DNA of 64,000 nt from Chloroflexi bacterium bin125 (lineage in GTDB: Bacteria; Chloroflexota; Dehalococcoidia; Bin125). The translations under genes and the position numbers were made by a program. The stretch spans positions 257,026-321,025 of the forward strand of contig MPNM01000001.1 of NCBI GenBank assembly GCA_002239025.1. Direction: 5' to 3'. Under the pieces are notes generated by a model. It was not told the origin of the DNA, made no database searches, and saw only the letters and a program-made list of their open reading frames with translations. This document shows, one piece after another, positions 1-13,865 of the stretch. The number at the start of each line of letters is the position of its first letter. The stretch's first letter is position 1.

Positions 1-981
1 GGCAGCACACCGCTGGTAAGAGCTGAGAGCCTGGAACGTGCGACGGGGGCAGACGAAGTCTGGCTGAAGCTGGAGTTGTGCAACCCGACCGGGTCGTTCA
101 AGGATCGCGGGATGGTGGTGGCAGTGGCGAAGGCTGTTGAGCAGGGTGCGACTGCAGTGCTGTGTGCATCGACCGGCAACACGAGCGCGTCGGCGGCAGC
201 CTATGCGTCACGATGTGGCTTGCGGTCGTTCGTCCTGGTGCCCGAAGGTCGGATTGCGCAGGGGAAACTGGCCCAGGCAGCAGCGCATGGAGCCCGAGTG
301 CTGGCGGTTGACGGCAATTTCGACGATGCATTGAGATTGGCCCAGGAGCTGACGGATCGAATGCCGGTTGCGCTGGTTAACTCTGTCAATCCTTACCGGA
401 TCGAAGGTCAGAAGACAGCGGCGATGGAGATCGTCGATGCGCTGGGCGACGCGCCCGATCTGCACTGCATTCCGGTCGGCAACGCGGGTAACATCACCGC
501 GTACTGGCGTGGCTACTGTGAGTACTTCCAGGCGGAATTGGCGAGCCGGCGTCCCAGCATGCTGGGTGTGCAGGCAGCGGGAGCTGCTCCACTGGTCCAC
601 GGTCATGCTGTTGAGCAGCCCGAGACGATTGCAACGGCGATTCGGATTGGCGATCCGGCGTCGTGGGATGGCGCAGTGGCGGCGCGGGACGAATCGGGCG
701 GCAGGATTGTCGCCACGACGGATGAACAGATTCTCGATGCATACCGAATGTTGGCCGATACTGAGGGCATCTTTTGCGAGCCGGCATCGGCAGCGTCGGT
801 GGCGGGTCTGCTTGAGCGGCATGGCGATGGGTCGCTACGGGGTCGGCGGGTGGTATGCACGCTGACCGGACACGGACTGAAGGATCCTGAGCGAGCAGTG
901 GCATCGATTGAGGCGGACGTGGTAGAGATTGGCGCGGGATACGACGAAGCAGCTGCCGCAATCGCGGAGAGATTGCCATGA
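1..981 (+). CDS. thrC: threonine synthase (5' end outside window)
   Basis: Frame continues open from nt 1. The PLP-enzyme motif '[10 protein letters not shown]' and fold-II PLP family features are present. The stop overlaps the next start (ATGA). Confidence 0.88.
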   Translation, partial: GSTPLVRAESLERATGADEVWLKLELCNPTGSFKDRGMVVAVAKAVEQGATAVLCASTGNTSASAAAYASRCGLRSFVLVPEGRIAQGKLAQAAAHGARVLAVDGNFDDALRLAQELTDRMPVALVNSVNPYRIEGQKTAAMEIVDALGDAPDLHCIPVGNAGNITAYWRGYCEYFQAELASRRPSMLGVQAAGAAPLVHGHAVEQPETIATAIRIGDPASWDGAVAARDESGGRIVATTDEQILDAYRMLADTEGIFCEPASAASVAGLLERHGDGSLRGRRVVCTLTGHGLKDPERAVASIEADVVEIGAGYDEAAAAIAERLP

Positions 982-1553
982 GCGAACTTGTCGATCGCGT
1001 CCGAGCTGAGGCGGCAGTGCGAGAACTCTTGCTGGCGTTGGGCGAGGATCCAGACCGGGAAGGTTTGCGCGAGACGCCTCGGCGAGTAGCGGCATCGTTC
1101 GAGGAGACGTTCGGCGGGCGTGACGTGGATTTTTCGAAACTGCTGGCGGTGGGGTTTGAGGAAGGCCATGACGAGATGGTCATTCTTCGCGACATCCCGT
1201 TCTTCTCGACCTGTGAGCATCACTTGATGCCATTTCACGGGATTGCCCATGTGGGCTATGTTCCGAATGGCCGGGTGGTTGGATTGTCGAAGTTGGCCCG
1301 ATTGGTCGACGCGGTCGCACGGCGGCCGCAGTTGCAGGAGCGATTGACTGCCCAGATTGCCGACATTATCGAGTCCTCGCTGCACACGCAGGGCGTCGGC
1401 GTGGCGGTCGAAGCGGAGCATCTTTGCATGCAGATGCGCGGGATCAAGAAGCCGGGTGCGAGGATGTTGACGTCGGCGATGCGGGGCAGTTTCAGGGATC
1501 AGGAAGAGACGCGGGCGGAGTTCCTCTCGCTGGTGGGGACGCAGCGGTTGTGA
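978..1553 (+). CDS. folE: GTP cyclohydrolase I
   Basis: 191 aa. Carries the conserved 'STCEHHL' and 'HG...HVGY' FolE motifs. Confidence 0.9.
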   Translation: MSELVDRVRAEAAVRELLLALGEDPDREGLRETPRRVAASFEETFGGRDVDFSKLLAVGFEEGHDEMVILRDIPFFSTCEHHLMPFHGIAHVGYVPNGRVVGLSKLARLVDAVARRPQLQERLTAQIADIIESSLHTQGVGVAVEAEHLCMQMRGIKKPGARMLTSAMRGSFRDQEETRAEFLSLVGTQRL

Positions 1554-2548
1554 GTCTCAACATTGTCCAGGGTGGATTCGCCGAATTGGGTGAGCGCTGG
1601 AGCGCCTTGTGCCGTTCGGCGGATGCGATGCCGTTTTCAACTCCGGAGTTCGGTCAGGCCTGGTGGTCGGTGTATGGCGAAGCGGGTGAGGCGGAGCTGG
1701 AGTTGCTCGGGCTTGAGAACGGGACCGGCGAGCTGGTTGGACTTGCGCCGCTCAAGCGTTGCGGTACGCACTGGACGTTCGCCGGCGATCACGAGGTGTC
1801 GGACTATCTCGGTCCGGTCAGCGTGAATGGTCATGAGTCAACGCTGGTAGCAGCAATGCTGGATCGCCTGGATGCCTCGGGCGCGACTTCTGCGGAGTTT
1901 CGAGGCATCGAACCGGGCTCGACCTGGGTTCAGGCCTTCCAGGCCGCAAGCGCTCGTGGTTGGAACATCGAGATCGCCGATGAGGCGGTCTGTCCGACGA
2001 TTGCGCTCAAGGGAGATTGGGACGACTATCTCACGGCCTTGCGATCGCGCGATCGCCGCGAGGTGCGGCGCAAGTTGCGCCCGCTACGCCAGCTTCGTGG
2101 GGCGGTGGAGTTCGAAGCGGTGGAGTCGCCTGAGGCGGTTGAGGCGCGGATGCCCGAGTTCATGGCGATGATGGCCGAGTCGCGCGGTGACAAGGCGGTC
2201 TTCCTGACCGATGAGATGCGGGCGTTTTTCGAGCGTTTGAGTGCGTCCCTGTCGGAAGCGGGAGTGCTGCGACTTTATGTGATGACAGTTTCGGGAGAGG
2301 CGGCGGCGATGGTGTTGTGCTTCGTCGCGCGCAATCAGTTGCTGCTGTACAACAGTGGCTATGCTCCCAAGTTCCGAGATCTGTCGGCGGGGTTGGCGTC
2401 GAAGGTGCTGTGCATTCGCGACGCAGTTGAGCGAGGGATGTCAAGCGTGAACTTCCTGCGCGGTGACGAACCTTACAAATACGACCTGGGTGGTCAGGAC
2501 GCGGTGGTGCGTCTGCTGAGATTGACGCGGGAGGGCGGGGAATCATGA
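1550..2548 (+). CDS. GNAT-fold acyltransferase, FemAB/CelD-like (BioF2-like acetyltransferase domain)
   Basis: A GTG start overlaps the folE stop (GTGA). The C-terminal signature '[15 protein letters not shown]' matches the hallmark 'DFLRGDE.YK' of the Acetyltransf_6/FemAB family. About 332 aa. Confidence 0.72.
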   Translation: MSLNIVQGGFAELGERWSALCRSADAMPFSTPEFGQAWWSVYGEAGEAELELLGLENGTGELVGLAPLKRCGTHWTFAGDHEVSDYLGPVSVNGHESTLVAAMLDRLDASGATSAEFRGIEPGSTWVQAFQAASARGWNIEIADEAVCPTIALKGDWDDYLTALRSRDRREVRRKLRPLRQLRGAVEFEAVESPEAVEARMPEFMAMMAESRGDKAVFLTDEMRAFFERLSASLSEAGVLRLYVMTVSGEAAAMVLCFVARNQLLLYNSGYAPKFRDLSAGLASKVLCIRDAVERGMSSVNFLRGDEPYKYDLGGQDAVVRLLRLTREGGES

Positions 2549-3864
2549 GGCAGAGACTGCACTCCAACTTCGGTCGGAAGCGGCGTCTTGCGGTGATGTC
2601 GACGCACACGTCGCCGTTGGCCCGAGCCGGCACGACCAAGGCCGGTGGGATGAACGTCTACGTGGCTGATCTCTCGCGTCACCTGGCGGAAATGGGTTGG
2701 GACGTTGACGTGTTCACGCGCCGCGACCGGATCGACGCGCCCGACATGGAGGAGTTGGCGCCAGGAGCGCGCCTGTTCCATGTCGATGCCGGACCGCCCA
2801 TCAGCTTGCCACCGATCGAGATTGGCGCACACGTCTCGGAGTTCACCAACGGAGTTGAACGAATCGCTGACGGACTTGAGCCGTACGACCTCGTGCATTC
2901 GCACTATTGGGTCGCCGGATTGAGCGGGATTGAGCTGGCTCGTCGCTGGCAGTGTCCTCACGCGGTGATGTTCCACACGCTGGGCGCGGTCAAGGAAGTG
3001 TTTCAGCAGCCCGAGCCGCCCTTCCGGATCGAGGGCGAGCGTCGAGTGATTGCCTGCTCCGACGCGATCATTGGCGCCACTTCGCATGAACGGGCATTTC
3101 TGATTGGTCAGTACGGGGCCGAGGCCTCGCAGGTTCGGGTTGTGCCCTGTGGACTCGACCTGGAAGCGTTCCATCGGGCGGGGATCCAGGAATCGCGCTG
3201 CCGACTTGCGCAGGCGATGCCCGAGCTGGGTGTTGAGGACGGTCCGGGCATCCTGTTCGTGGGACGACTGGAACAGGCCAAGGGCGCGGACTTACTGGTG
3301 CGTTCGCTTCCGCTGATCAAGAGCAGGTCGGATGCGAACCTGTGGGTCGTTGGAGGCGACGAGCGCGACGAAGACGAACGCAGTCGGCTGCGACAGTTGG
3401 CGGCGGAATCTGGCGTGGAAGACCGCGTTCGATTCGCGAGCGCCGTCGACCGCCAAGGACTGCCTGATCTTTACCGGGCGGCGGCGGTCTGCGCCGTTCC
3501 TTCGGCCTATGAATCGTTTGGGCTTGTGGCGGTCGAGGCGATGGCCTCGGGCACGCCGGCGGTGGCGACACGTGTCGGTGGATTGGCCAGCACAATTGCG
3601 CACGGCCGAACCGGACTCCTGGTCGGCGACCGTCGACCGGAGGGATTCGCCGCAGCGCTTGATCGGCTGCTGGGCGACAATGGACTACGGGGACGCATGG
3701 GCGAAGCGGCAGCGGCCGAGATGTCGGTCTACTCCTGGCGCAGTGTGGCGCGCAGTATTCTCGATGTGTACGAGGACCTGCTGAGCGCGCAGGCAGACGC
3801 CGGTTCAGCGCGCGAAGCCTGTTGTCCTGACTCAGTGGAGTCGCTGTTGGTGGCGGCGAGCTAG
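2545..3864 (+). CDS. GT4 glycosyltransferase, MshA-like (D-inositol-3-phosphate glycosyltransferase family)
   Basis: The N-terminus '[26 protein letters not shown]' closely resembles the MshA 'SMHTSPLxxPGTGDSGGMNVY' region. GT4 EX7E-type C-terminal region is present. ATGA overlap with the upstream GNAT. SD sequence GGAGGG lies upstream. Confidence 0.8.
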   Translation: MRQRLHSNFGRKRRLAVMSTHTSPLARAGTTKAGGMNVYVADLSRHLAEMGWDVDVFTRRDRIDAPDMEELAPGARLFHVDAGPPISLPPIEIGAHVSEFTNGVERIADGLEPYDLVHSHYWVAGLSGIELARRWQCPHAVMFHTLGAVKEVFQQPEPPFRIEGERRVIACSDAIIGATSHERAFLIGQYGAEASQVRVVPCGLDLEAFHRAGIQESRCRLAQAMPELGVEDGPGILFVGRLEQAKGADLLVRSLPLIKSRSDANLWVVGGDERDEDERSRLRQLAAESGVEDRVRFASAVDRQGLPDLYRAAAVCAVPSAYESFGLVAVEAMASGTPAVATRVGGLASTIAHGRTGLLVGDRRPEGFAAALDRLLGDNGLRGRMGEAAAAEMSVYSWRSVARSILDVYEDLLSAQADAGSAREACCPDSVESLLVAAS

Positions 3865-3888
3865 CCGGCAAGCGGAACGAGGGCCGAG

Positions 3889-4710
3889 ATGGCAGACGCT
3901 GAGGCTCCGACCCCTGCCGAAGAGCCCCGTCGGGCGCTGGTGGTGATGGCTCACCCTGACGACATCGAGTTCACCTGTGGTGGCACGGTCGCGCAACTGT
4001 CGGATGATGGCTGGGACGTCTCATTCTGCCTGGTGACGAGCGGCGACAAGGGAACGAAAGATCCGATGCTGGGCCCGGCTGATCTGGGAGCGCTGCGCGA
4101 GGCGGAGCAAGAGGCGGCAGCAACCGAGTTGGGCATCAAGCGCTGCATCTTCTTGCGTGTGCCGGACGGGCATGTCGAGGACGGTTCGGAGTTTCGCGGC
4201 CAGATGGTTCGCGTCCTGCGCGAGGTGCGGCCGGAGTTGATGATCACCTGGGACGGTTATCGCGGCTTCAATCATCGAGACCATCGCACGGTCGGCATCG
4301 CGGCGCTGGATGCAGCCTTTCCGCTGTCGAGGAATGCGAATTCTTATGCTGAGCAGGTTGCGACTGGCGTCGAGCCGGTTCGCGTCAACACGATCCTGCT
4401 CGCCGGAAGCAATGAGCCGAACTATTTCGTTGACGTGTCGGACCAACTTGAGCGCCGAATTGATGCCCTCTTGCGTCATGCCTCTCAGGTGCAGGCGGCG
4501 AATCGTGAAGAGATGGTCAAGCGGATGCGGAATCGGTCGGAACAGGCGGCGCGTGCTGGTCGCGTGCCGTGGGCCGAGGGCTTTCGCCGACTGACATTCG
4601 GCGGGGCGAGCCCGCCTCGACGTCGGGACGCGCTGAGGGCAGAGCGGCAGGCCAAGGAGAAAGCGGCCAAAACGGCAGAGGCAGAAGCAGCTGAGGCGTC
4701 CGATGGCTGA
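3889..4710 (+). CDS. PIG-L/LmbE family N-acetylglucosaminyl deacetylase (MshB/BshB-like)
   Basis: Canonical PIG-L motif 'VVMAHPDDIEFTCGGT' near the N-terminus. 273 aa. Confidence 0.85.
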   Translation: MADAEAPTPAEEPRRALVVMAHPDDIEFTCGGTVAQLSDDGWDVSFCLVTSGDKGTKDPMLGPADLGALREAEQEAAATELGIKRCIFLRVPDGHVEDGSEFRGQMVRVLREVRPELMITWDGYRGFNHRDHRTVGIAALDAAFPLSRNANSYAEQVATGVEPVRVNTILLAGSNEPNYFVDVSDQLERRIDALLRHASQVQAANREEMVKRMRNRSEQAARAGRVPWAEGFRRLTFGGASPPRRRDALRAERQAKEKAAKTAEAEAAEASDG

Positions 4711-5620
4711 TGGCGCGTTGTTCTTGCTCTGGGCGAGTTTTGTCGCCGCTGGTTGCGCTGCGATCTTCTCGGTCGTGTATGCACTGCAACCTCGGCTGCG
4801 ACTGGCCTGGGCGCCGCGGCGGGTGGCGGCGACCGAGCCGTCGATTCCCGCTCCTGCCCCAGGACCGGTTCGGTCTGCCACGCTGGGTGGGATCGCGACG
4901 CTGAGTGTCTGGACGGCGGCGACCCTGGGGATTGTCGGGCTGGTGATGCGTTCGATTGCGCTGAATCACGCGCCGTACAGCAACCTGTTTGAGTTTTCGA
5001 TGTCGTTTGGGATCGCGATCGTGCTGCTCTACGGCATCTTCGAGCTGCGCTCGGGAACGCGGCTGGCCGGCTCGTTCGTGCTGCCGGTGGCCTGTGGTTT
5101 GTACGGATCGGCGCTGGCGTTCCCCAGCGACGGGCAGGAAATCCTGGTGCCGGCGCTGCAAAGCCCGACATTGTTGACGATTCACGTCGCGCTGATGATC
5201 CTTTCTTACGCCGTGTTTGCGGTGGCGTTCGGACAGGCGGCAATGCATCTGGCGCAGGGCTTTCCCTCGAACGTGGCGGATCTGGGCGGACGCTTTGAGT
5301 GGCTGCCTTCGGCCGAGCGCTGCGATGAACTGACCTATCGGACGGTGCTGATTGGATTCCCGTTGCTGGCAGCGGGGATCGCGCTCGGGGCGTTCTGGGC
5401 GAATGACGCCTGGGGTCGTTACTGGGGCTGGGACCCGAAGGAAACCGCCGCGTTGGTGACCTGGCTGATCTTTGCGGTGTACATCCATGGCCGAGGGCTG
5501 CGTCAGCTTCGAGGCGCTCGCAAGGCCTGGATCGTCATACTGGGGTTTTTCGCGGTAATGTTCACGTATCTGGGCGTCAATCTGTGGATCTCCGGGCTGC
5601 ATTCGTACGCTGGCGTTTGA
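4703..5620 (+). CDS. ccsA: cytochrome c-type biogenesis protein CcsA/ResC
   Basis: Polytopic membrane protein with the tryptophan-rich WWD-type motif 'WGRYWGWDPKE'. Overlaps the deacetylase stop. Confidence 0.8.
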   Translation: MADGALFLLWASFVAAGCAAIFSVVYALQPRLRLAWAPRRVAATEPSIPAPAPGPVRSATLGGIATLSVWTAATLGIVGLVMRSIALNHAPYSNLFEFSMSFGIAIVLLYGIFELRSGTRLAGSFVLPVACGLYGSALAFPSDGQEILVPALQSPTLLTIHVALMILSYAVFAVAFGQAAMHLAQGFPSNVADLGGRFEWLPSAERCDELTYRTVLIGFPLLAAGIALGAFWANDAWGRYWGWDPKETAALVTWLIFAVYIHGRGLRQLRGARKAWIVILGFFAVMFTYLGVNLWISGLHSYAGV

Positions 5621-5915
5621 GAACAGACCGGGCGGTCTGACAGGTGAGCAACACAGATTGTTCACGTCCTGTCACAGGTAGTCAGCCGGTTTCCTTGCAG
5701 GGTTGACGTGATTTGGGATATCGTTGGTCTTCACGTGCCGGACGCCGATGAGCATTGGCGCGTGCAAGGGTCGAGGCCGACCTGAGGTTGAAGACCACCG
5801 GCGTAGAGCCGGTTCGCTCAACCAGGGCCTTGACCCTATATTCGTGCCGACACGCCTTTGGTGGCATCGGTTCGATTGATGCCAAGCGCCGAGAGCCGTT
5901 GGAAGGCGAGCCACA

Positions 5916-6353
5916 GTGCCGACGATCAATCAGCTCGCCCGCAAAGGGCGCAAGAAAACCCGCAAGAAGGCGAAAGCGCCCGCGTTGCGGTTCCGTTACA
6001 ACGCCCTGACCAGCCGAACCACTCAGGACACGGGCTCTCCACAAAAGCGTGGCGTCTGCACGGCGGTTCGGACGGTTACTCCAAAGAAGCCAAACTCTGC
6101 GTTGCGCAAGGTCTGTCGCGTCCGTCTGACGAATGGGATTGAGGTCACGGCCTACATTCCCGGCGAAGGTCACACGCTGCAGGAGCACTCGATCGTTCTC
6201 GTGCGTGGTGGACGGGTGCGGGACTTGCCTGGCGTCCGCTATCAGGTCGTACGCGGGGCGCTCGATGCGCTTGGCGTCGCCGATCGAAAGCGCGGTCGTT
6301 CCAAGTACGGCACTCGCAAAACAGCAGGATTGGCAACCGCGACCACCCACTAA
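5916..6353 (+). CDS. rpsL: 30S ribosomal protein S12 (with ~16-aa internal insertion)
   Basis: GTG start. Contains 'PTINQL...PALR...SPQKRGVCT...[11 protein letters not shown]...[13 protein letters not shown]'. An insertion '[15 protein letters not shown]' lies between PAL and SPQKRG. Confidence 0.95.
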   Translation: MPTINQLARKGRKKTRKKAKAPALRFRYNALTSRTTQDTGSPQKRGVCTAVRTVTPKKPNSALRKVCRVRLTNGIEVTAYIPGEGHTLQEHSIVLVRGGRVRDLPGVRYQVVRGALDALGVADRKRGRSKYGTRKTAGLATATTH

Positions 6354-6428
6354 TGGGTGGTCGTTTTAGTGTTGCGGGCCGCCTCGGCCACGGTCGGGGA
6401 GTGCTCGCGTTAGAGATGGATAACAAAC

Positions 6429-6899
6429 GTGCCGCGACGACGACGGCCCGACAGACATGAAATCAGGCCTGATGCGGTCTACGGATCGCAGCGGGTGCAA
6501 ATGGTGATCAATCGTCTGATGCAAAGCGGGAAAAAGGGCACGGCTGAGAAGATCGTGTACCGCGCGCTGGACATCCTGGAAGAGCGAGTTCGTCAGGACC
6601 CGCTTGAGGTGTTTGATCAGGCGTTGAACAACATTACCCCGGAGATGGAAGTTCGCCCTCGCCGAGTCGGTGGCGCGACGTACCAGGTGCCGGTCGAGAT
6701 CCGCCATGACCGGCGCACTTCCCTGGGGATTCGCTGGTTGGTTACGGCCTCGCAGTCCCGCAAGGGTCGCCCGGCACATTTGTCGCTGGCGGACGAATTG
6801 CTTGACGCATACAGCAACTCCGGAGCCGCAGTGCGGCGCCGGGAAGAGACGCACCGCATGGCCGAAGCAAACCGGGCGTTCGCGCACTACCGCTGGTAG
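6429..6899 (+). CDS. rpsG: 30S ribosomal protein S7
   Basis: 156 aa, typical S7 sequence, downstream of rpsL. Confidence 0.95.
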   Translation: MPRRRRPDRHEIRPDAVYGSQRVQMVINRLMQSGKKGTAEKIVYRALDILEERVRQDPLEVFDQALNNITPEMEVRPRRVGGATYQVPVEIRHDRRTSLGIRWLVTASQSRKGRPAHLSLADELLDAYSNSGAAVRRREETHRMAEANRAFAHYRW

Positions 6900-7031
6900 G
6901 GCGACGCACAAAGACCGATTACCGAGTAGCCACGCAAGAGAAGAATCAGTTCAAGGTGGATGCGCCTAACAGTTGCGCGATCCATACCACACAGAGACCG
7001 ACCAGAGAGCAGACCAGAGGACACCCCGAAT

Positions 7032-9086
<2,055 letters not shown>

Positions 9087-9179
9087 ACACCTTCCGAGCG
9101 CTTGTTGGCGCTCGGGCCAGAAATCAGACAACTACCCAGAACCGCAGAAGCGACCGAGCTACAGGCAGGAGACACGAAG

Positions 9180-10382
<1,203 letters not shown>

Positions 10383-10432
10383 TCAACGAACAACGCCGAA
10401 GCACGCAGTTCGCACGGCAGAAAGACGGCAAT

Positions 10433-10741
10433 ATGGCTCGGCAGAAGATTCGCATCCGGCTAAAGGCGTACGACCATCGAGTGCTCGATGAGTCGGCCGC
10501 GCAGATTCTCGACACTGCCGAGAAGACCGGCGCGGGTGTGGCCGGGCCGATTCCGCTGCCCACCGAAATCCGCAAGTACACGGTGATTCGCTCGCCGTTT
10601 GTCCACAAGGACGGCCGCGAGCAGTTCGAGATTCGCACGCACAAGCGGATCATCGACATCATTGAACCCACCGGACGAACCGTCGATTCCCTGATGCGGC
10701 TTCAGCTGTCATCGGGTGTTGACGTCGAGATCAAGCTCTAA
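10433..10741 (+). CDS. rpsJ: 30S ribosomal protein S10
   Basis: 102 aa, canonical S10. Confidence 0.95.
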   Translation: MARQKIRIRLKAYDHRVLDESAAQILDTAEKTGAGVAGPIPLPTEIRKYTVIRSPFVHKDGREQFEIRTHKRIIDIIEPTGRTVDSLMRLQLSSGVDVEIKL

Positions 10742-10743
10742 TC

Positions 10744-11394
10744 ATGGCGATACCCGGACTCATCGGTAAGAAGTTGGGCATGGTCCAGGTCATTGGCGAG
10801 GACGGTGCAGTCGTGGGCTGCACCGTGCTTGAAGTCGGACCTTGCCCGGTGACGCAGATCATGACGGAATCGCGCGACGGTTATTCCGGCGTGCAGCTGG
10901 GCTACGGCGAGCGCCCGGCCTGGCGAATCAACAAGGCGGAACTCGGCCACACCGGCGCGAATGGGCCGCTGAAGCATCTCTCGGTGTTTCGCGCCGAGTC
11001 CGACGAGCTTTCCGATATCGAGGTCGGCACCGTTGTCAATGCGACAGAGGTGTTCACGGCCGGCGACCGAGTCGACATTCAGGGCCTCTCCAAGGGCAAG
11101 GGCTTTGCCGGCGTCGTCAAGCGACACGGGTTCCGTGGCGGCCCTCGGACGCACGGTCAGAGCGACCGGCACCGAGCGCCTGGTTCGGTCGGCGCCGGCA
11201 CCACGCCGGGTCGCGTGCTCAAAGGCACGCGGATGGCGGGACGGATGGGCGGCAAGACGACGACGTCGATGAACTTGCAAGTGGTGGATATCAACGCGGA
11301 TCGGCATCTGGTCTATGTCAAGGGATCGGTGCCGGGCGCGACGAACGGTCTGGTTCGGATACGACAGACCAAGCGGCGAGGCGGCAAGCGATGA
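10744..11394 (+). CDS. rplC: 50S ribosomal protein L3
   Basis: 216 aa, canonical L3. Confidence 0.95.
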   Translation: MAIPGLIGKKLGMVQVIGEDGAVVGCTVLEVGPCPVTQIMTESRDGYSGVQLGYGERPAWRINKAELGHTGANGPLKHLSVFRAESDELSDIEVGTVVNATEVFTAGDRVDIQGLSKGKGFAGVVKRHGFRGGPRTHGQSDRHRAPGSVGAGTTPGRVLKGTRMAGRMGGKTTTSMNLQVVDINADRHLVYVKGSVPGATNGLVRIRQTKRRGGKR

Positions 11395-12062
11395 AACTTC
11401 CGCTGATTGACGGACAGGGCAACGCCACCGGCGAGATCGATGCCGACGACTCGGTTTTCGGCATCGAGCCGAACCTGGCGGTCGTGCATCAGGCAGTGAC
11501 GGCTCAGCGCGCCAACGCGCGACAGGGCACGCACTCCACGCTCGACCGATCGGACGTGCGCCAGGCGGCGAAGAAGACGGGACGCCAGAAGGGCGGCGGA
11601 CGCGCTCGATTGGGTACGCCGTCTTCGCCCACGCGAATCGGCGGAGCCGTAGCGCACGGCCCGCATCCTCGCTCATATCGCAAGCGACTACCGAAGCGAA
11701 TGCGCCGCCTGGCGATTCGTTCGTTGCTGTCGCAACGCGCAGCCGAAGGCGGCGTCCTGGTAACAGGGCCAGACGTGGAGTTCGACGCGAAGACATCGTC
11801 CATGTCGAGCCTTTGCCAGGCACTCGGCATCGAGCGCAGCGCTCTGTTGGTCTCTGATGGTGTCGACGATGACCTGGTCCGCGGGACGAAGAATCTGCCC
11901 AATGTGCAGGCGATGCCGGCACAGACGCTGAGCAGCTACCTGATCCTGACTCACGACCAACTGATCATGACCGAGGCCGCTGTGCGGCGCTGTGAAGCGC
12001 TGTGGGCGGTCGATGGCGGCGAGCGCAGTGACGAGAATGGTCAGGAGGACGGCGATGCCTAA
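11391..12062 (+). CDS. rplD: 50S ribosomal protein L4
   Basis: The ATG at 11391 overlaps the rplC stop (ATGA). Begins 'MKLPLIDGQGNATGEI...'. The listed ORF 10842..12062 is an upstream in-frame extension artefact. Confidence 0.92.
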   Translation: MKLPLIDGQGNATGEIDADDSVFGIEPNLAVVHQAVTAQRANARQGTHSTLDRSDVRQAAKKTGRQKGGGRARLGTPSSPTRIGGAVAHGPHPRSYRKRLPKRMRRLAIRSLLSQRAAEGGVLVTGPDVEFDAKTSSMSSLCQALGIERSALLVSDGVDDDLVRGTKNLPNVQAMPAQTLSSYLILTHDQLIMTEAAVRRCEALWAVDGGERSDENGQEDGDA

Positions 12063-12354
12063 AGACATTCACCCGTTCGCCGTTCTGCGCCAACCGATTA
12101 TCACCGAGAAATCGACCGAACTGGCCGAGCAAGGTAAGTACGTGTTCGAAGTCGACCCGCGAGCGAACAAACTGCAGATCCGCGAGGCGATCGAGATCGC
12201 GTTCTCGGTGCAGGTGCGCAAGGTCAATGTGATCAATGTGCGCGGTGCGACTCGGCGGATCGGGCGCGGGCGACCGGGTCGCGAACGCGACTGGAAGAAG
12301 GCGATTATCACGTTGGCCGAGGGCTACGAGATTCGCCTGTTCGAGGGGGTCTGA
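12055..12354 (+). CDS. rplW: 50S ribosomal protein L23
   Basis: The ATG at 12055 gives '[20 protein letters not shown]'. About 99 aa. Confidence 0.92.
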   Translation: MPKDIHPFAVLRQPIITEKSTELAEQGKYVFEVDPRANKLQIREAIEIAFSVQVRKVNVINVRGATRRIGRGRPGRERDWKKAIITLAEGYEIRLFEGV

Positions 12355-12355
12355 C

Positions 12356-13192
12356 GTGGCAATCAAGAACTACAAGCCCACCTCTCCCGGACGCCGTAAC
12401 TCTTCGGGTCACTCGTTTGAGGAGATCACGAAGAAGAAGCCGGAGAAGAGTCTGCTCGCTCCGCTGAAGAAAAAGTCGGGACGTAACAACAAAGGTCGCG
12501 TGACCGTGCGACACCGTGGCGGCGGGCACAAGCGCCGCTACCGGATCATCGATTGGAAGCGGCGCGACCGGATCGGGATCGAAGGACGCGTGGCGGCGAT
12601 CGAGTACGACCCCAACCGCACGGCGCGGATCGCGTTGATTTTCTACACCGACGGCGTCAAGCGCTACATTGTGGCGCCGAATGGCCTCAAGGTGGACGAC
12701 ATGGTGATGTCGGGACCTGAGGCGCCGATTCGCGTCGGCAATGCGCTCCCGATGGCGGCGATTCCCAACGGTACGCAGGTACACAATGTCGAATTGACCG
12801 AGGGTCGCGGGGCGCAGATGGTGCGCTCGGCCGGGGCGTCGGCGCAGATCATGGCCAAAGAGGGCGACTACGCGTTGCTGCGTTTGCCCTCGGGCGAGAT
12901 GCGGCGCGTGCGATCGGTCTGTTACGCGACGATCGGACAGGTCGGCAACGTCGAGCATTCCAACATCAAGCTGGGCAAGGCAGGTCGCAACCGCCATCGT
13001 GGCAAGCGACCGACCGTGCGTGGCTCGGTGATGAACCCCGTTGACCACCCGCACGGCGGCGGCGAAGGTAAGGCCCCCATCGGTCTGCCCGGTCCGAAGT
13101 CGCCCTGGGGTTGGTACACGCTTGGCCGCCGCACGCGGGGTAAGAAACAATCCGACAAGTACATCGTCCGCCGTCGCGGCCGACGGCGCTAA
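12356..13192 (+). CDS. rplB: 50S ribosomal protein L2
   Basis: The GTG at 12356 gives '[15 protein letters not shown]...'. Canonical L2, about 278 aa. Confidence 0.94.
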   Translation: MAIKNYKPTSPGRRNSSGHSFEEITKKKPEKSLLAPLKKKSGRNNKGRVTVRHRGGGHKRRYRIIDWKRRDRIGIEGRVAAIEYDPNRTARIALIFYTDGVKRYIVAPNGLKVDDMVMSGPEAPIRVGNALPMAAIPNGTQVHNVELTEGRGAQMVRSAGASAQIMAKEGDYALLRLPSGEMRRVRSVCYATIGQVGNVEHSNIKLGKAGRNRHRGKRPTVRGSVMNPVDHPHGGGEGKAPIGLPGPKSPWGWYTLGRRTRGKKQSDKYIVRRRGRRR

Positions 13193-13216
13193 GGCATAGA
13201 GCAGAGGACTTGCGCG

Positions 13217-13501
13217 ATGTCACGATCGACGAAAAAAGGTCCCTACGTGGACCACAAGCTGATGCAGAAAGTGCAGCGTGTGCGCGCTTCGGGCGCTCGC
13301 ACGGTGATCCAGACCTGGGCGCGTCCCTCGACGATCGTGCCGGACATGGTCGGGCTGACGATCGCGGTTCACGACGGTCGCCGGCATGTGCCGGTCTTCG
13401 TGACCGAGAACATGGTCGGCCACAAGCTGGGCGAGTTTGCGCCGACGCGCACCTTCCGTGGTCACATCGGTCGCTCCGATCGTGGAACGCGGGTGGTCTA
13501 A
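13217..13501 (+). CDS. rpsS: 30S ribosomal protein S19
   Basis: 94 aa, canonical S19. Confidence 0.95.
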   Translation: MSRSTKKGPYVDHKLMQKVQRVRASGARTVIQTWARPSTIVPDMVGLTIAVHDGRRHVPVFVTENMVGHKLGEFAPTRTFRGHIGRSDRGTRVV

Positions 13502-13842
13502 TGCAAGTCCAGGCCAGCGCCAAATTCGTTCGCACCTCGCCGCGCAAAGTCCGTCTGGTCATGCAGGGTCTTCGCGGGATGCCGGTCGAGGATGCGCGTC
13601 TGCAATTGCGATTCACTCCGAAGCCGATCGCCCGCGATGTGGCCAAGGTGCTCGATTCGGCGGTCGCAAACGCTGAGAACAACTATGGGCTCGATGCTCG
13701 AGACCTCAAGATCCAGTCGATTCACGCCGGCGACGGCCGCACGTTGCGCCGGTTCCGCGCCAAGGCGCGTGGTCGGGTGGGCCGGATTCTGAAGCGCACC
13801 GCGCACATCACCGTCGTCGTGTCCGACGGCAATGACCAATAG
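13501..13842 (+). CDS. rplV: 50S ribosomal protein L22
   Basis: The ATG at 13501 overlaps the rpsS stop (TAATG). Begins '[18 protein letters not shown]'. Confidence 0.93.
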   Translation: MQVQASAKFVRTSPRKVRLVMQGLRGMPVEDARLQLRFTPKPIARDVAKVLDSAVANAENNYGLDARDLKIQSIHAGDGRTLRRFRAKARGRVGRILKRTAHITVVVSDGNDQ

Positions 13843-13865
13843 GGACGCAGAGGACGGATAACGCT

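Noticed and set aside
10842-12062. 406-aa ORF spanning rplC and rplD.
   Set aside because: It is an upstream in-frame extension of L4 through the L3 coding region in another frame. The true L4 start is the ATG at 11391, overlapping the L3 stop.
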